Shown: positions 1 through 12,313 of the stretch, piece after piece
How positions within the stretch are numbered: the stretch's first letter is position 1
How the letters are laid out: each line of letters starts with the position of its first letter
NCBI GenBank assembly: GCA_965202585.1
Contig: OZ241828.1
Span: 65,968,001-66,032,000, forward strand
Direction: 5' to 3'
DNA: 64,000 bases
From: Thalia democratica
Taxonomy: Eukaryota
Program-made: the position numbers and the translations under genes
The notes under the pieces: generated by a model
Told to the model about the DNA's origin: nothing
Seen by the model: the letters and a program-made list of their open reading frames with translations, nothing else
Database searches by the model: none

Positions 1-181
1 ATTAGTAAGTATCTAAATTAAACATTGTTTTCTAAAAATTTCGTTGTAAAGTAAAATTTCGAAAGCTTGTATTTTAATAATATTAGTAAATTGTTTTCAT
101 AACTATAAATTAAAAGTTTATTGTAGGTGATAACTTATATTTGAACAGTAGGTTTGTAGTTTACTTATGTGATTCGTTTAG

Positions 182-273
182 GTTAGGGGACCGCGGACTC
201 CATCTAGCCCGCCAAGTGGAAATGAACGGCTCACCAATGTTTACTAAATTTAGTTGTAATGAACCCGCAAAAG
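182..273 (+). CDS. Possible isolated internal exon (LGDRGLHLARQVEMNGSPMFTKFSCNEPAK) of a gene lying mostly outside the window
   Basis: GC-richer island with tttag| acceptor at 180-181, one open frame, and G|gtaaaa donor at 274; no recognisable domain. Confidence 0.25.
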
Positions 274-1638
274 GTAAAACTGAGGGCAATAAGAATGTGA
301 ATCTAGCCTGTTAAACAGTTTACTTGACATTCTAAGATTTTAAGTGACGAAAAAAAAGGTCTCTCGTAGAACTTACAGGAAATTTAAAACTTGTACTAGA
401 TGTAGTAACAAAAAGATTCGTATAAAATAAGTAGTTTTTTAATTTCTGATTTTTTAAGTTTTATATTTAATTATAGTTAAGTTCATTAAGTACCATTAAA
501 ATAAAGAAGTTATAATTAAGTTGATACTTGAAGATAATTAAACAGCTAGAATCTTGTCGATAAAAAAAAAATTTTTTAAAGATAGTAGTATATGTACTTG
601 AGTTGCTAAATATAAAAGGTAAAAGTTGGGATAAAAGGTGGCAGAAAACTATATTTTTAATGCATTGACATATAACATGTAAGTGAATACGAAGCATAAA
701 ATAAAAACTAAGAACAAAACTAAAGTTATTTAAAAAATATAGCACTAAAACTTTCTTAATTTATAACTAACTATACTAAATAACTATTAAATGATACTTT
801 TTTTATTTACAATTTTTTATTTCAAACTAGCTTATCATGTAGATGTGTTTAGCTCTTCTAACTGAAAGTTAAAAGTGAAAATGTGCTTAACTTTTACTTA
901 AAGTTTAGTTGTCTTATAACTAACAGCGAACTAAATTAAAAGCTTATATTTTAATTCACAGTTTAAAGACTATAATCAGCTTGAAGACCACTAAAGTATT
1001 CTATTATGTATTTACATCAAAATGAACAAAAAGTTTTTATTAACACCAAAAATAGAATGTTTTACTTTAATAATGCTTATCTACAAAAACAACAGTTATA
1101 GTTAACTAAACAACAATAAAACAAAGTACTTTTAAAATTATTTTTATTCAAAAACTTATATTTCTGTTGAACAATGTAACAAATAGAGTATTTGAGATTG
1201 AGGTAGATCTTAGTTTGCTAATATGTTTTTAATTTGTGTTTTATATCATTAATTATTTAATATTAGAAAATATAAACTATGTTAATAACTTTGTGACAAA
1301 ATGTCTTTTGTTACAATATAACTTATCAACTTAATAAATCCCGAGTCAAGAATAGTAAAATTTACTGTACTTATAAATTAATGAATTTGGTTACTTTAAT
1401 GAATTTAAATTATACAAACAAAATACTTTATTTACACATTCATTTACTACGCGATAACGTTGCTAACTAATATACAGAGTTCAACAAAAAAGTAATCAGA
1501 TATTATTGACGTAAGCTTCAGTTGTCTAGATGCTGTGTGTTTTTATTATAAACAATTAAAATAAGAGAAAAAATTCCCACCAGCGAGCTAATTTAAATTT
1601 TTGGAAACCAAAAAATCAGGACTTAGTGAATCCTGAGC

Positions 1639-2530
1639 CTACTGCAATAAAACTGATTCAAAAATTTTGGAAACACGTGTCCTCGTTGCAAACGAAATGC
1701 TTAAAATCGTCTTTCTAGCCGCTGGTTTGCTCCTTAAACTCCTGATACAGTGTTCTTCGTACGTTTCTTTCGAGCCTTCATCTTCTTTCCGCCTGACGCA
1801 CTTTTGAAAGGATCTTATTTGATTTCGCTCGTTCAACTCGTGTGAACACTTGCAACTTTTTCGACTCCAGTATTTCGTTGACGTATTGTTATAATTAGAT
1901 ATAGTGTAATGATTACATATTGAAAAGTCATTATTGTGATTATTTTTCATCACGGAATATCCGGCTGCAACTGTCGAGCTCTTAGTGTGGTCCTTTTAAC
2001 CCGGATTGGGACCTTTTAAAATCTTTAAAATGTGTGGTTAAAACAGATTTAACATAGAAATTAATTCAAAAGAAGATTTTGAAAACGTACTATAAATTTA
2101 CAGTTATTCAGCTTCACTGCAAAACGGATTTTCTACAATAATAAAAAAAAATATCAAAACGGCAAACTTTTCAAAAACAAATAAAACATTGCTAGAAATG
2201 TAGTAAGATTTCAGAAAAACATCATGTTGTACAAGTTTGAATATTATTTAATGGTTTGAAACCTCCTTTTAATATTCCAACAGCATTGTCAAGGCTCGCG
2301 TTGTGAAATAACAAAATGTTGTCACTTTTCTCTAAGCTTTTTTGGTGCCGTTTTACAACGCGGTATATCTTGTCTACATAAGGAGTGCCTCTGATCATCG
2401 TATCTTTGAAACATTTATTGATGATTTCGTAGTCAGAACAGTTGAATTCTATGGCGTGCAATTCGTACATTGAGTATTCGTCATGTTCGTTAGCTATTGA
2501 GCGGCTAATGTTGGTTATTTTAACTTTTGT
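1639..2530 (-). pseudogene. Decayed PARP-like (ADP-ribosyltransferase catalytic domain) pseudogene, copy A
   Basis: YELHAIEFNCSDYEIINKCFKDTM...KIYRV...NILLFHNASLDNAVGILKGGFKP matches the PARP pattern L-x-F-H-G-(T/S)...I-L-x-x-G-F. Downstream frames give KETYEE, DDFKHFVCNED and PKFLNQFY (cf. P-x-Y-L-I-x-F), separated by stops and frameshifts. Confidence 0.7.
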
Positions 2531-5209
2531 TTATTTCATTGTTCATATACATATACGTATATATGTATATATGAATTTAGAAATTAGGTAGTTTAAATTA
2601 TTAAATAGTTTGTAGTATAATATGTTTTAACTTTGACAACTTAAAACTTTTATAATTTTTTTATAAGATTTATAATTAAATGTAAACTTTAGTTTTGTCC
2701 GTTTATTGCTGTAGTAATTCAAAATTAGTACTTTGGTTAAGCTAAATTACTAGCGCTTTTTTTTTTAGATTATAATAAAATTGATAACTATGTCTTTTAT
2801 ATATTTTTTATCAGAAGTTTTAGTTGTAAGCACTGAAGAGCAAACTTAATTTGGCAAAAAAACTATAAAAAAAAAAGTTAACAAAAATACATTAAACGTT
2901 TACTGAGTTAAAGTCAAACTAGTTGACTTTATTTTATAGGAGTAAAGTAGTTTTTTTTTTAAATTTAACTTTAAATTTCCTAAATAATTAAACTGAGAAA
3001 ATTTTGATGAAAATTGAAATAACTTTAAAACTTTTAACAACACATGGAAACCTAAGCGTTTTCAGTAAATTAATTCTAAAAACACTTTTATAGTTATCTT
3101 ACTATAATAAACACTCTAAATAAAAGTTTCTTCAAAAAGTTTTAACTAAACAACCTTTCTTCAACTTTTTTTATCCAATTGGCCGATTTTTCACTTTGTG
3201 AGTTCGCATAGCTAAAATATTTAGAACAAAATATTAATTTCTTTTTTTATGCTAAAATTATAATCTTACTAAAATAGTTATTTTCAAAGAATATTTTTTA
3301 ATGTTGTTGTTCAGACAACTTTTATTTAATAGTAACATAAGGTGAAGTTACAATGAAAACAACATTACTTTGTTTATTACAAGATATATAAGTACCTTTT
3401 ATAACTCATTAAACTTGACAAAAGCAGTGTTTGGCTTTTATCAAAACAAGAACTGAGTTGTGTTTAAGATTAAGAGTTTTGAGCTTTTTCTTAAAACCGC
3501 TGTTGCAGTCTTGTACAGTCTTAGTAAACGTAATAAATATTAAACTTAGAACTTTTTATTTACTAATATGTTAAAATAAGTTTAAGCTAAAAGTTAATAA
3601 TTCTAAATACTTTGTTTATATGCCTTTGAAAATAACGGCTAATCATAAATTATATCAGAGTTTTCCAAAAAGGACAATATCGCCATTGTTTAAGCGAACT
3701 CATTAAGTCGGTAAAAATAACTAGTAGGCGCAAAAAAGGTAAATTTTTGAAACTCGACAACTGAAGTATTTTATCATAATTAAATAAAATAACTTTTTTA
3801 AGAAAAAAAAGTTGAAACTAGTTGTAATGAACTGCTGCAAATTACTTGCAGTATTCATTGTTCGAACCCTGAATACAAAAGCTAGATCAAAAACGGCCAT
3901 ATTCGAACATGTTGACATTTAAAAGTTGAAAAGGGGAATTCCGGTGAATCAACAATTGGACCCGATCGGACTGTCAAGTATACAAGAATGTTTTTTGTAA
4001 AGAAATGCATAACTGTAAAATATTTAATTGTTTAGGACAAATTTTCACATACAATTTTATATCACAACAGAGTGTAAGGTCAAAGAATGAAGATTTTAGA
4101 ATTTATAGTAAAATATGCTTTATTACATAAACAAAAATTAACAAAATAAAAAAATGTAATGAACTGCTGCAAATTCCTTGCATTGTTTATTGTTTGAACG
4201 TTTAATATTAAGAGAATATTTAGAGCTTGCTGAAGTTATAAGAAATGAGGCTTAAAATCAATGATGCAACATTACAGTTAAAATAAATGATGCAGTAATT
4301 CATCAAAACATAACAGTTGCATTTTGATGTGTTCAGACTGTGTGATGGGCAGCTATGTGAAAGACCTCAAGAAAGAAATCTTGAACTTATTTGATATGTT
4401 TATATAAGGTACTGTTTGATTATAGATTTAATTGCCAACTGACGATGAATGCTTTACAAGCGTTAGTTTGTTTTGAATTCTAATGGCAATCGCGATTATT
4501 TTTTGCATTTTTTTGTATTGACATGTTTGCTGCCAGCAAAATGATTGCTGCCTGTTACTTAAATTTAGAACTATTGTTTACTGAACTTATTTATACTACA
4601 GTCGTTTTAAATAAATTATTTAACAAACAAAATTGTTAGCATTTTTAATTCACAGAATTATATTGCACAAGACTTGTACCTTTATAAATTCAAAACAGGT
4701 ATAATAAGTATTTATTAAAAAAATTAAACTAATAAACATAACCTTCAAGTTACACTAACAAATTTTAAAAGACTACTGTTGAAAACTTTAAAGTGTACTT
4801 ACTGCTTTTAATGACTTTATTAGATAAAAATCATATAAGAATTATATATTTATGTATTTTAATATTTTAATTTTTATACAATTAAAATTTAAAAAAACGA
4901 TAAATAAAAATTTACTGTACTTACTAAACATTTAAAGAAAAATGTGTTGTTTTCTAAATTTAATCAAAAACCATTTAATAAAGTTTAAGTACATACAGAA
5001 AAATTTTAATTAGTAAAAGCTAACTTCACTAAATAATAATTATGATTTTATATATCATTGAATTCACTTATAAAGTAAAATATAAATGCTAATAAATGAA
5101 ACTAGCATAAATTAATTAAGGGGTAACAATGATATTCAAAATAAAAAAAAAAACTATTGAACTTATAATTTAAAATAAAATTTAAAGTAAAATTTAAAAA
5201 AAAGCTACC

Positions 5210-5419
5210 AACGAGGGTAAGGGTTAGGGGTAACAGTGATAATAAAAAAAAAATTGACCCGTGCAAAATTGTCTCCATGCAAAATTGTCTGCTCGTGCAA
5301 AACTGTCTTTGTGCAAAAGTGACCCTTCGTGCAAAACTACCTTCGTGTACTTTTGTGCACTCGTCCAATTTTGTCCTCTTGTGCAATTTTGTTCACTAGT
5401 GCAATTTAGACAGCTACCC
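5210..5419. mobile_element. Non-autonomous DNA-transposon (MITE/foldback-like) arm with tandem GTGCAAAA(A/T)TG(A/T)C subterminal units
   Basis: About 8 degenerate 16-19 bp units ending ...gacagctaccc, preceded by gagggtaagggttaggggtaacag; same family at 37000-37294, 39490-39885 and 51860-52066. Confidence 0.65.
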
Positions 5420-5883
5420 ACTTGGTATATATTTACTAAGAGATATTCTTAGCTTTTGAATAGTTTTACACTTAATGTATTTTACTAATGTTGTGAACTA
5501 GCTTCTCTTTTTATAAAAATGTAAAAAAAAATTATCTTAATTATTTGAGTGTGTTTAATTTAATTTAAAGAAGTGATTGAAAAAAATGGAAAACAGCTTT
5601 TTAAATTTATACAAAGTTGCCACAACTGTAAGATAATCTGAACTTTTAAATTATTTTTATGAATAGTTCAGGTTGGCAAAATTTTTTTTTCTTGTAAAAC
5701 TACAGCTAGTTTTGAACTTTTAACACAGATTTCAGGATATATTTTTTAGCTTTAAAATGTGTTTTTCTTAAATCAAATTTATAATATCAAGCTTTTAAGT
5801 CTTTTTATTTAAACAAATCACAAATACTTTTCAAAAACTTGAATTTTTTTATTTTTAAAATTTAATTAGATTTTTTTCTTAGT

Positions 5884-6280
5884 TTTAGAGTTGCCAAAAA
5901 CCTGGAATCCTAGAACTTGTCAATTTTAGCTCAAAAAACCTAGAACTAGTATTTTTTTGAAAACCTTAAGTTTTGAACAAAATCACTAAAAAAACTGGAA
6001 TTAAAATAAAATACCTATAATAAAAAAAATTACAAGTTGACACAAAAAATCTATACATGTACACATTTGATGATATCTTAAATTTTTATTTTATTAAAAG
6101 ACATATTTAAAGTAACTTTACAGTATCTTTTCAATGCTGTTATACTGTTGAAGACAGTTTTTTTACCTTAAACTTTCTTTCATAGTAAAAATATACCAAA
6201 ACATGTACATACTTCTGAAAACCTGGAAAAAATTTAGATATCCTTGAATTTTTCTTTCAAAAACCTTAGGCAAACTTGTA
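5884..6280. mobile_element. Degenerate short DNA element with (C/T)AG(G/A)GTTGCC...GGCAA ends and aaaacctggaa subterminal repeats (copy B ~52533-52925)
   Basis: tagagttgccaaaaacctggaatcc at the left end, aaaacctggaaaaa...ccttaggcaaacttg at the right; related fragment at 12322-12420. Confidence 0.45.
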
Positions 6281-8504
6281 AATTGTAAACGGTTTTAAAT
6301 CCTAGGATGACTTAAAACAGTTAACAGTTCAAGGTCAACTTAAAAACAAAAACATGATTTTTCAAAAATTCAGACCTACTAAGGCTCACTTTTTTCTTAA
6401 TTAGAAAATTTTAGATACGTATTTAAAATTTTTGGCTTTTTTTACTTTAATATATTTTTTTGCTATTGAAATTGTTAAAATTATATAATGTTTCAAATCA
6501 GTCTAAATTTTAAAGCAGGTAGAGACATTTAGTTTATTACTAAACAAGTTTGCCACACACTCAGTATAACTAGGACTAGTTAAAAAATTTATAAAATTAT
6601 AGGCTTTTTTAATTTTATTTTAGTAAAAAACAATATAGTTTTGAAAATTATCCTAAACAATGTTTTTTTGAATATTTTATATATTAAGTCCTGTTATATT
6701 GTACTAGAAAGCAAAATCCATCAGAAAAGAAGTAACTTAACAATTTATTAAAGTACCTGTAAAAAATTTCTAGAATTTTATAAGTTCATTGACTTTACAA
6801 GTAATTTTTTCTTTACATGTACTTAAGTTGTAAAATTAAGTTCATCTTTGAATATTAACATTAATCAGTTATAAGCTTGATATTGTTTAAAAAGAAAAAA
6901 AAAACTACAAACTTAAAATTTAGAAAACGGAATGAGAAGTATCATCTCAGCGCAGCATCGGACAAAAAGACCAGGACAGTGGCTAATAACAAAAGTGAAA
7001 AGATGACCAGAAACAGAGCTTTTAATAGATTGAAATTTTTAATTGCTTATTTTTTATTTTTTGTTTATATGAAATAAGAATCGACAAGAAAAATAAAAAT
7101 TAATTAATTGAGTAGTAGTTTGTTATTTTCGCATTCTAAGATGACTAAGTACCAGTTCAATTGTTGAAATGTTTTTGCTAAATTAGTATTTAAGTTAAGA
7201 GTGTGCAACGTTTTTATTCAGCGGACCAGATGTGAAAAAATTTAATTAATGGTTTACTAGAACATTTAATTTATATTTGTTACACGAATTATAAGTAATT
7301 TATGGAAAAATGCTAATTTTATATGACCATTTTTAATTATGAAGATTTTTAAATCCCACAAATTAAACTTATGGTTTTTTCGTATAATTTTTAACTCCTA
7401 GAATTTCTGATGTAAGTTTTACCTCTCCTGGCCGGATTCCACTTAAACTCTGTAAGTACTTTCTGAACGCTTTTTTTCTTTGCGGTTCCTAAAATTGGAA
7501 TTGAGCGATAAAAATAAATATATTGCTTTGAAGTTAAGATTAAAGAAAACATTCAGAAGTGCATAAATTTGTGTGAGTTTTTCATAAACTAATAAACTAG
7601 GGTCTAACAAAAAAGCTCAGAAATTGCTGCAGTATGCTATTATAAATATTAAAGCTGTTTACGTATTCTTACTACTAGCAGCGTAATTAAGGGGTACACA
7701 AAAAATCTTTATCTCAGTGTGTTGTGCAAAGAATTTTATCAGCTTGTAGACCACTGAGTTAGTGTGTTGTGGCAGCTGTGTGAAAGATTAATAGAAGAAA
7801 TCTTACTGAGAACTTATTGTATCCGTTAATCGTAAGTATTGTTTAGATATAAAGTTAAAGTTAAAATTAATATTAACTGCTTTAAATTATTTAAGAAAAA
7901 TTTTTAAAAAATAATAGATATTATATACTTTATTGTTTTATTGCTCTCTAAAAGTTTTATTTAATATTCATTAATTGCTTAAGTCTTTTTGAAATAGATT
8001 TAAATAGTTACCAGTTATTTAAGTGTTTTATAACTTACTGCATTAAAACTTGGTTAAATAATTAGTTGCACTTTTACCAAGTGATTTATAAAATTTTAAA
8101 AGTGATGTTTATATTTTAATATAGTGCTAGTATTTCTTTGTGGTTCTTTTGTATAATAGATACATCACTCCAAACTCTCTTGTCTGGTTATATAAAGAAG
8201 TCTAGAATAGCTTCAAGTATTTATAGATAACATCCACTGATAAGTATAAGTTAGCACTAAAGTATTTTGAATTTTTAAGTCCAACTTAAATAGTATAAAT
8301 GAAAATTTGCTTGCAGTGGGTCTTAAGCATAAGCGTGTTAGAAAGTCACCCCGCCTGCAGAAAATATAAGCAAAATGAACAAGTTGACAATCTACCCACA
8401 CAAAGTCAACCACACCTAATTGAGACTTTGAATGTTGGCCCACCTACATCCTAACCTCACAGCATGTTAACATGTAAGATACATCTACTTAGCGGTATAC
8501 TATC

Positions 8505-8826
8505 AAAGTCAAGCCAAGTTCAAAATCCGCCCGAGTCAAAATCGACCCAATCAAAATCAACCCAAGTCGAAATCCACCCGATCAAAATCCAGCCGAGTCA
8601 ATATCAACCTGGTCGAAATCAACACAATCAAAATCAACACGAGTCAAAATTACTCTATCAAAATCAATCCGAGTCGAAATCACTCCATCAAAATGAATTC
8701 GAGTCATATTCCACCTGATCAAAGTCCGTACGATTAAAATCCAACCGAGTCAATATCCATCAAAGTCAAAATCCACCTGATCAAAATCAACCCAAGTCAA
8801 AATTTACCCGAGTCAAAATCAACCCG
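8505..8826 (+). repeat. Degenerate 15-17 bp minisatellite (TCAAAATC(A/C)ACCC(GAG))n
   Basis: About 20 tandem units such as gtcaaaatcaacccaa, gtcgaaatccacccga, tcaaaatccagccga. Confidence 0.9.
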
Positions 8827-9107
8827 TGTTTAAACAAACACCTCGCTCTATTTATTTCTTTTTGAATTAAATACCATTTAAGTAATTTCTCGCACTTCCA
8901 ATTACTAATCTTAAACAAATCTCATTTGCAGAAGTAACTGGCACTTACTAAAGTCTTATTTTTCTCTCCGTTATAAAACAACTTAAGAATAAAGATTTGT
9001 ATTACAGATTATATATATTATGCGATGCTTTTGGAGTTGTTATTTAGTATTTTTGCTCGTTATATAGAATTTTTAACGAATGTTTTTTTTCTTGATTACT
9101 GAATATA

Positions 9108-12100
9108 GGGTGGCTTCGCGTTTAGCCACTAAATCTTTCACTCTACTGAGCACGAAAGATAGCTTTTTTCAAGAGAGTTTTCAACGGTTTTTAAGAAGCT
9201 AACTGTTATCTAATATGAAAGTTCATTATCGTAAAAAGTTAAATAACGATGAAACGAATTTGAGTTGGATAAATTATATTTTAATATCAGTTTTAAACGG
9301 GCTAATTTTAAAATGTTTTTTACTGTATTCTTACACTATACTTTATCTAACTTTCACTATTTATACAAGTTAGTTGTGTTATTTTTTAGATTAATATAAC
9401 TAAATAAAAATTGTTTTATTACAAAATTACATGTAAAAATCAACGTTATCTAGTCAAAAATTAATTTATATATAAATAAAATATTAAGATATAATGACTG
9501 TGGTAAAATAAAACTTATAAAATAATTGAAAGTTTTAATTAAGCAACTTTTATAACTTTTCTACATTTAACATAAATAAAATTAGATAATTAAAAAATAT
9601 ATTTTAATAAAAGCATAATTTAAAATACTTTATTTAAAAATAAATCTACTTACACAAAGGGATGTTTTTAGCATATATTAATTTTTTAATTGTATCTTTT
9701 TTAATATAGACTAATAAAAAGTAGCATTTACTCATTTACAGTATGATAATAAATTGCAAATAGAAAGAATTCAGACTTTAGATATAGTTTGATAAAAACT
9801 GGTAAACGAATATAATTTTTCTTATAAAACTAAAATGAAACTGTTGAAACGTAATAAAAAAAAAAAATAGATTAAAAGGTTGGATTTGATCAGTTTTAAC
9901 TAAAAATAACATTAATATAATTTTTATTAAAAAAAAACAAAAAATATTTTTAAACATAATAACTAGAACTCATTTTTAGTACTCATAGGTAATAGTTTTA
10001 AAAGTTTCAATTAAATGTTTTCAATACTTATTCTTTCAGTTAAAATAAACACGAAAAACAGTTTAAATGTCCTTAGTAGAACCTTTTTGTACATAAATAA
10101 CATTAGTATTTGGTCGAGGCATGGCTTTTTAGTCAATTAAAATAGATAATATGAGAATAAATGTACTTCAAAAGTTTAATAGACACGAAAACAAAGTTAA
10201 AGCATTCAAAATGTTTTTTTTTTTCATAAATTATACAGTTTTAATGGTAAGTTAACAGTTATAATAAAAAAAAAAGTTAGTTTTAGTAACAAAAAACATA
10301 AAACGCTTATAAAACCTCTTATGTTTTTAGCACAAAATTACATAACAAAATAAAAATGTAGTTTAAGCAGGTATAGTATATAAACTTACAATAAAAAACT
10401 TTTTAACAGAAACATAAACACAATTAAAGCGTCTTTGAAGTTATTTTAAACAAAGTTTTGAGAAAAAAAACAACTCCTGTATTTAATAAAGAAGATAAAT
10501 TTTCCTAGAAATTTATATATACAATCCTTGTTGACAACTTATATAACAATTCAGATAGTTTCATAATCCGTTCGGAAGTTCTGAGCTTCGTAACAGTTTG
10601 TATAAGTAATATAATTTCTTATGACAATAAACAATTTAAAATTGTTTTGCAAGCATTTAAAAATAAAAAAGATAATCTTAAAAATAACACACTTTTTAAT
10701 GAAAAAAAAAACAAAAATTTTTTAAAACAATAAGTAGAGGTTTTTTTTTACATAAATTATAGAAATAGTTAAAAAATGTTATTTTCAATAAATGAATTTT
10801 AGGTTTAAACAACCACAAAAGAATTTTTAAAACGAGATTAAAGTTGTTGTAAACAGTTTATTTTAAAAATTAACAAGTTTGTACTGTATATTATGCTTGA
10901 TTAATGAATTCATTTTTTTATTAAGAAAATAGATACGCAGTTAATTGTTTTATCATATATTTCTTAAACTTACATTTAAGTATATAACTGCAGTGCAGAA
11001 ACTTTTAAAAAATTTCTTAAGTTATGAAATTCATAAAAGCTAAATATAAAAATTAAAGCAGATTTAATGGCCAAGTGGTTGAGACGCCAGGCTTGTAACC
11101 ATTTAAACCTCAAATGTCTGGGTTCAAAACCCATCACAACTATATTTTTCATCATTGTTTGGTGATCTGTTGGACCCACATTTTAGGATCCGACCCAATG
11201 TTTCATGTAATTTTGATTAAGAAAAAAAAAACTTTTAAAAACTATTTTAGATATATATTATCTTATAGTATATATATAATCTAATTTTTCAAAGAAAAGT
11301 CAATGTTAAATAAAAATATTAAATAATTTCAACTCCCTATGGCCTTAAAAAATAAATAGTTTGGTCATAAGCTTCTTAATTCTTTTATCAAAATGTCGAA
11401 ATAGGATTTTCAACTACTAATGCATAAATCACTTCCTGAAAATATGAAGTTAATTTATTAAAAAACTAAGAAGACCGAATTTTAGTAGTTTTATTTTTTA
11501 ATTTAGAGGAAATCACCAATGTAAAATTGTTCTTCTATATTTCTATGAAGCATTTTATACAAAAGACTTTATCACAAAAGTTAATTAACATTTTTCATTC
11601 TATGAAAATTATCTTACGGTAATAAATTATCTTATGGCATATAATTTTTAGCTTTTATAAATATATTTAAATCTAATAAAAAAAAGGATAAATGGTTCAA
11701 AAGGCATAAGAGTGGTTTCGGATTCATAAATAACTTAATACTCACCTTTTGACTCAAAAAGTTTTGAGTCTAAATGTTTTGTTTCTTTAAAAAATCAGTA
11801 TAAGAATCACATTAGCTCTCCTGATATAATCAGGGCTAATTGAATTTATCTTACTGAAATTTTAAGATACTAGTTGTAATGTATAAGTTCTTCCCAATAA
11901 ATGTTTTTATTTTTATTTATGTGATAAATCAAAATATAAGCGTTTATAACAGTGTTTCAAAATAAAACAAAGTTATAAAAACTACAATTCTGAGTTTCCA
12001 TAAACTCAAAAAAAAATCTTTCAATAAAACAAATGGACTTAAAATATTATAATATTGACATTATTATCACATTCTTAGATCAGGCTAACATCAATTTTAT

Positions 12101-12313
12101 TTATCTATGTGCTGTTAACTGTGTCATCGCTACTACTGTCTATAACTTTAAATATTATAAGATTTTATTGTTTCACTCAAAAAAATTATGTTGTGTTTTA
12201 CTGTTTAGCTCTTAGCAACAACTTATACGGTTGAATGATTTTACCTCATTCAAAAAAGCTAACTTTCGTGCTCAGTAGAGCGAAGAATTTGGTGGCTAAA
12301 CGCGAATCCACCC
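9108..12313. mobile_element. 3.2-kb non-coding DNA element bounded by ~62-bp terminal inverted repeats starting GGGTGG (superfamily unassigned)
   Basis: 9108-9169 gggtggcttcgcgtttagccactaaatctttcactctactgagcacgaaagatagctttttt vs reverse complement of 12252-12313, about 6 mismatches; no clear TSD and no transposase ORF. Confidence 0.75.
11058..11143 (+). pseudogene. tRNA-derived relic (pseudo-tRNA or SINE head)
   Basis: A-box TGGCCAAGTGG, anticodon-loop-like CTTGTAA (UGU, Thr-like), B-box GGTTCAAAACC; acceptor and anticodon stems do not pair properly. Confidence 0.6.

Noticed and set aside
467-745. 92-aa minus-strand ORF and similar Phe/Ile/Lys-rich ORFs (3721, 12033, 13902, 44176, 58698, 60228, 63510)
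   Set aside because: Compositional by-products of AT-rich DNA with no motif or splice support; 44176-44370 is antisense to the Ly6 intron and exon 3
2542-2575. Near-perfect TA/CA palindrome
   Set aside because: Self-complementary microsatellite expected in AT-rich DNA
5102-5452. Three overlapping Cys-rich ORFs (also 51761-52099)
   Set aside because: Translations of the tandem GTGCAAAA MITE array, not metallothionein-like genes
6877-7077. 66-aa ORF on a GC-richer island
   Set aside because: Start region is not conserved in copy B, several frames are equally plausible, and no domain is recognisable
8505-8826. Possible CRISPR-like array
   Set aside because: Units are adjacent and degenerate with no unique spacers; eukaryotic context and no cas genes
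11058-11143. Functional tRNA-Thr
   Set aside because: Acceptor and anticodon stems do not pair, so it is kept only as a relic
10976-11179. 67-aa ORF containing GFEPR
   Set aside because: Antisense reading of the tRNA B-box relic
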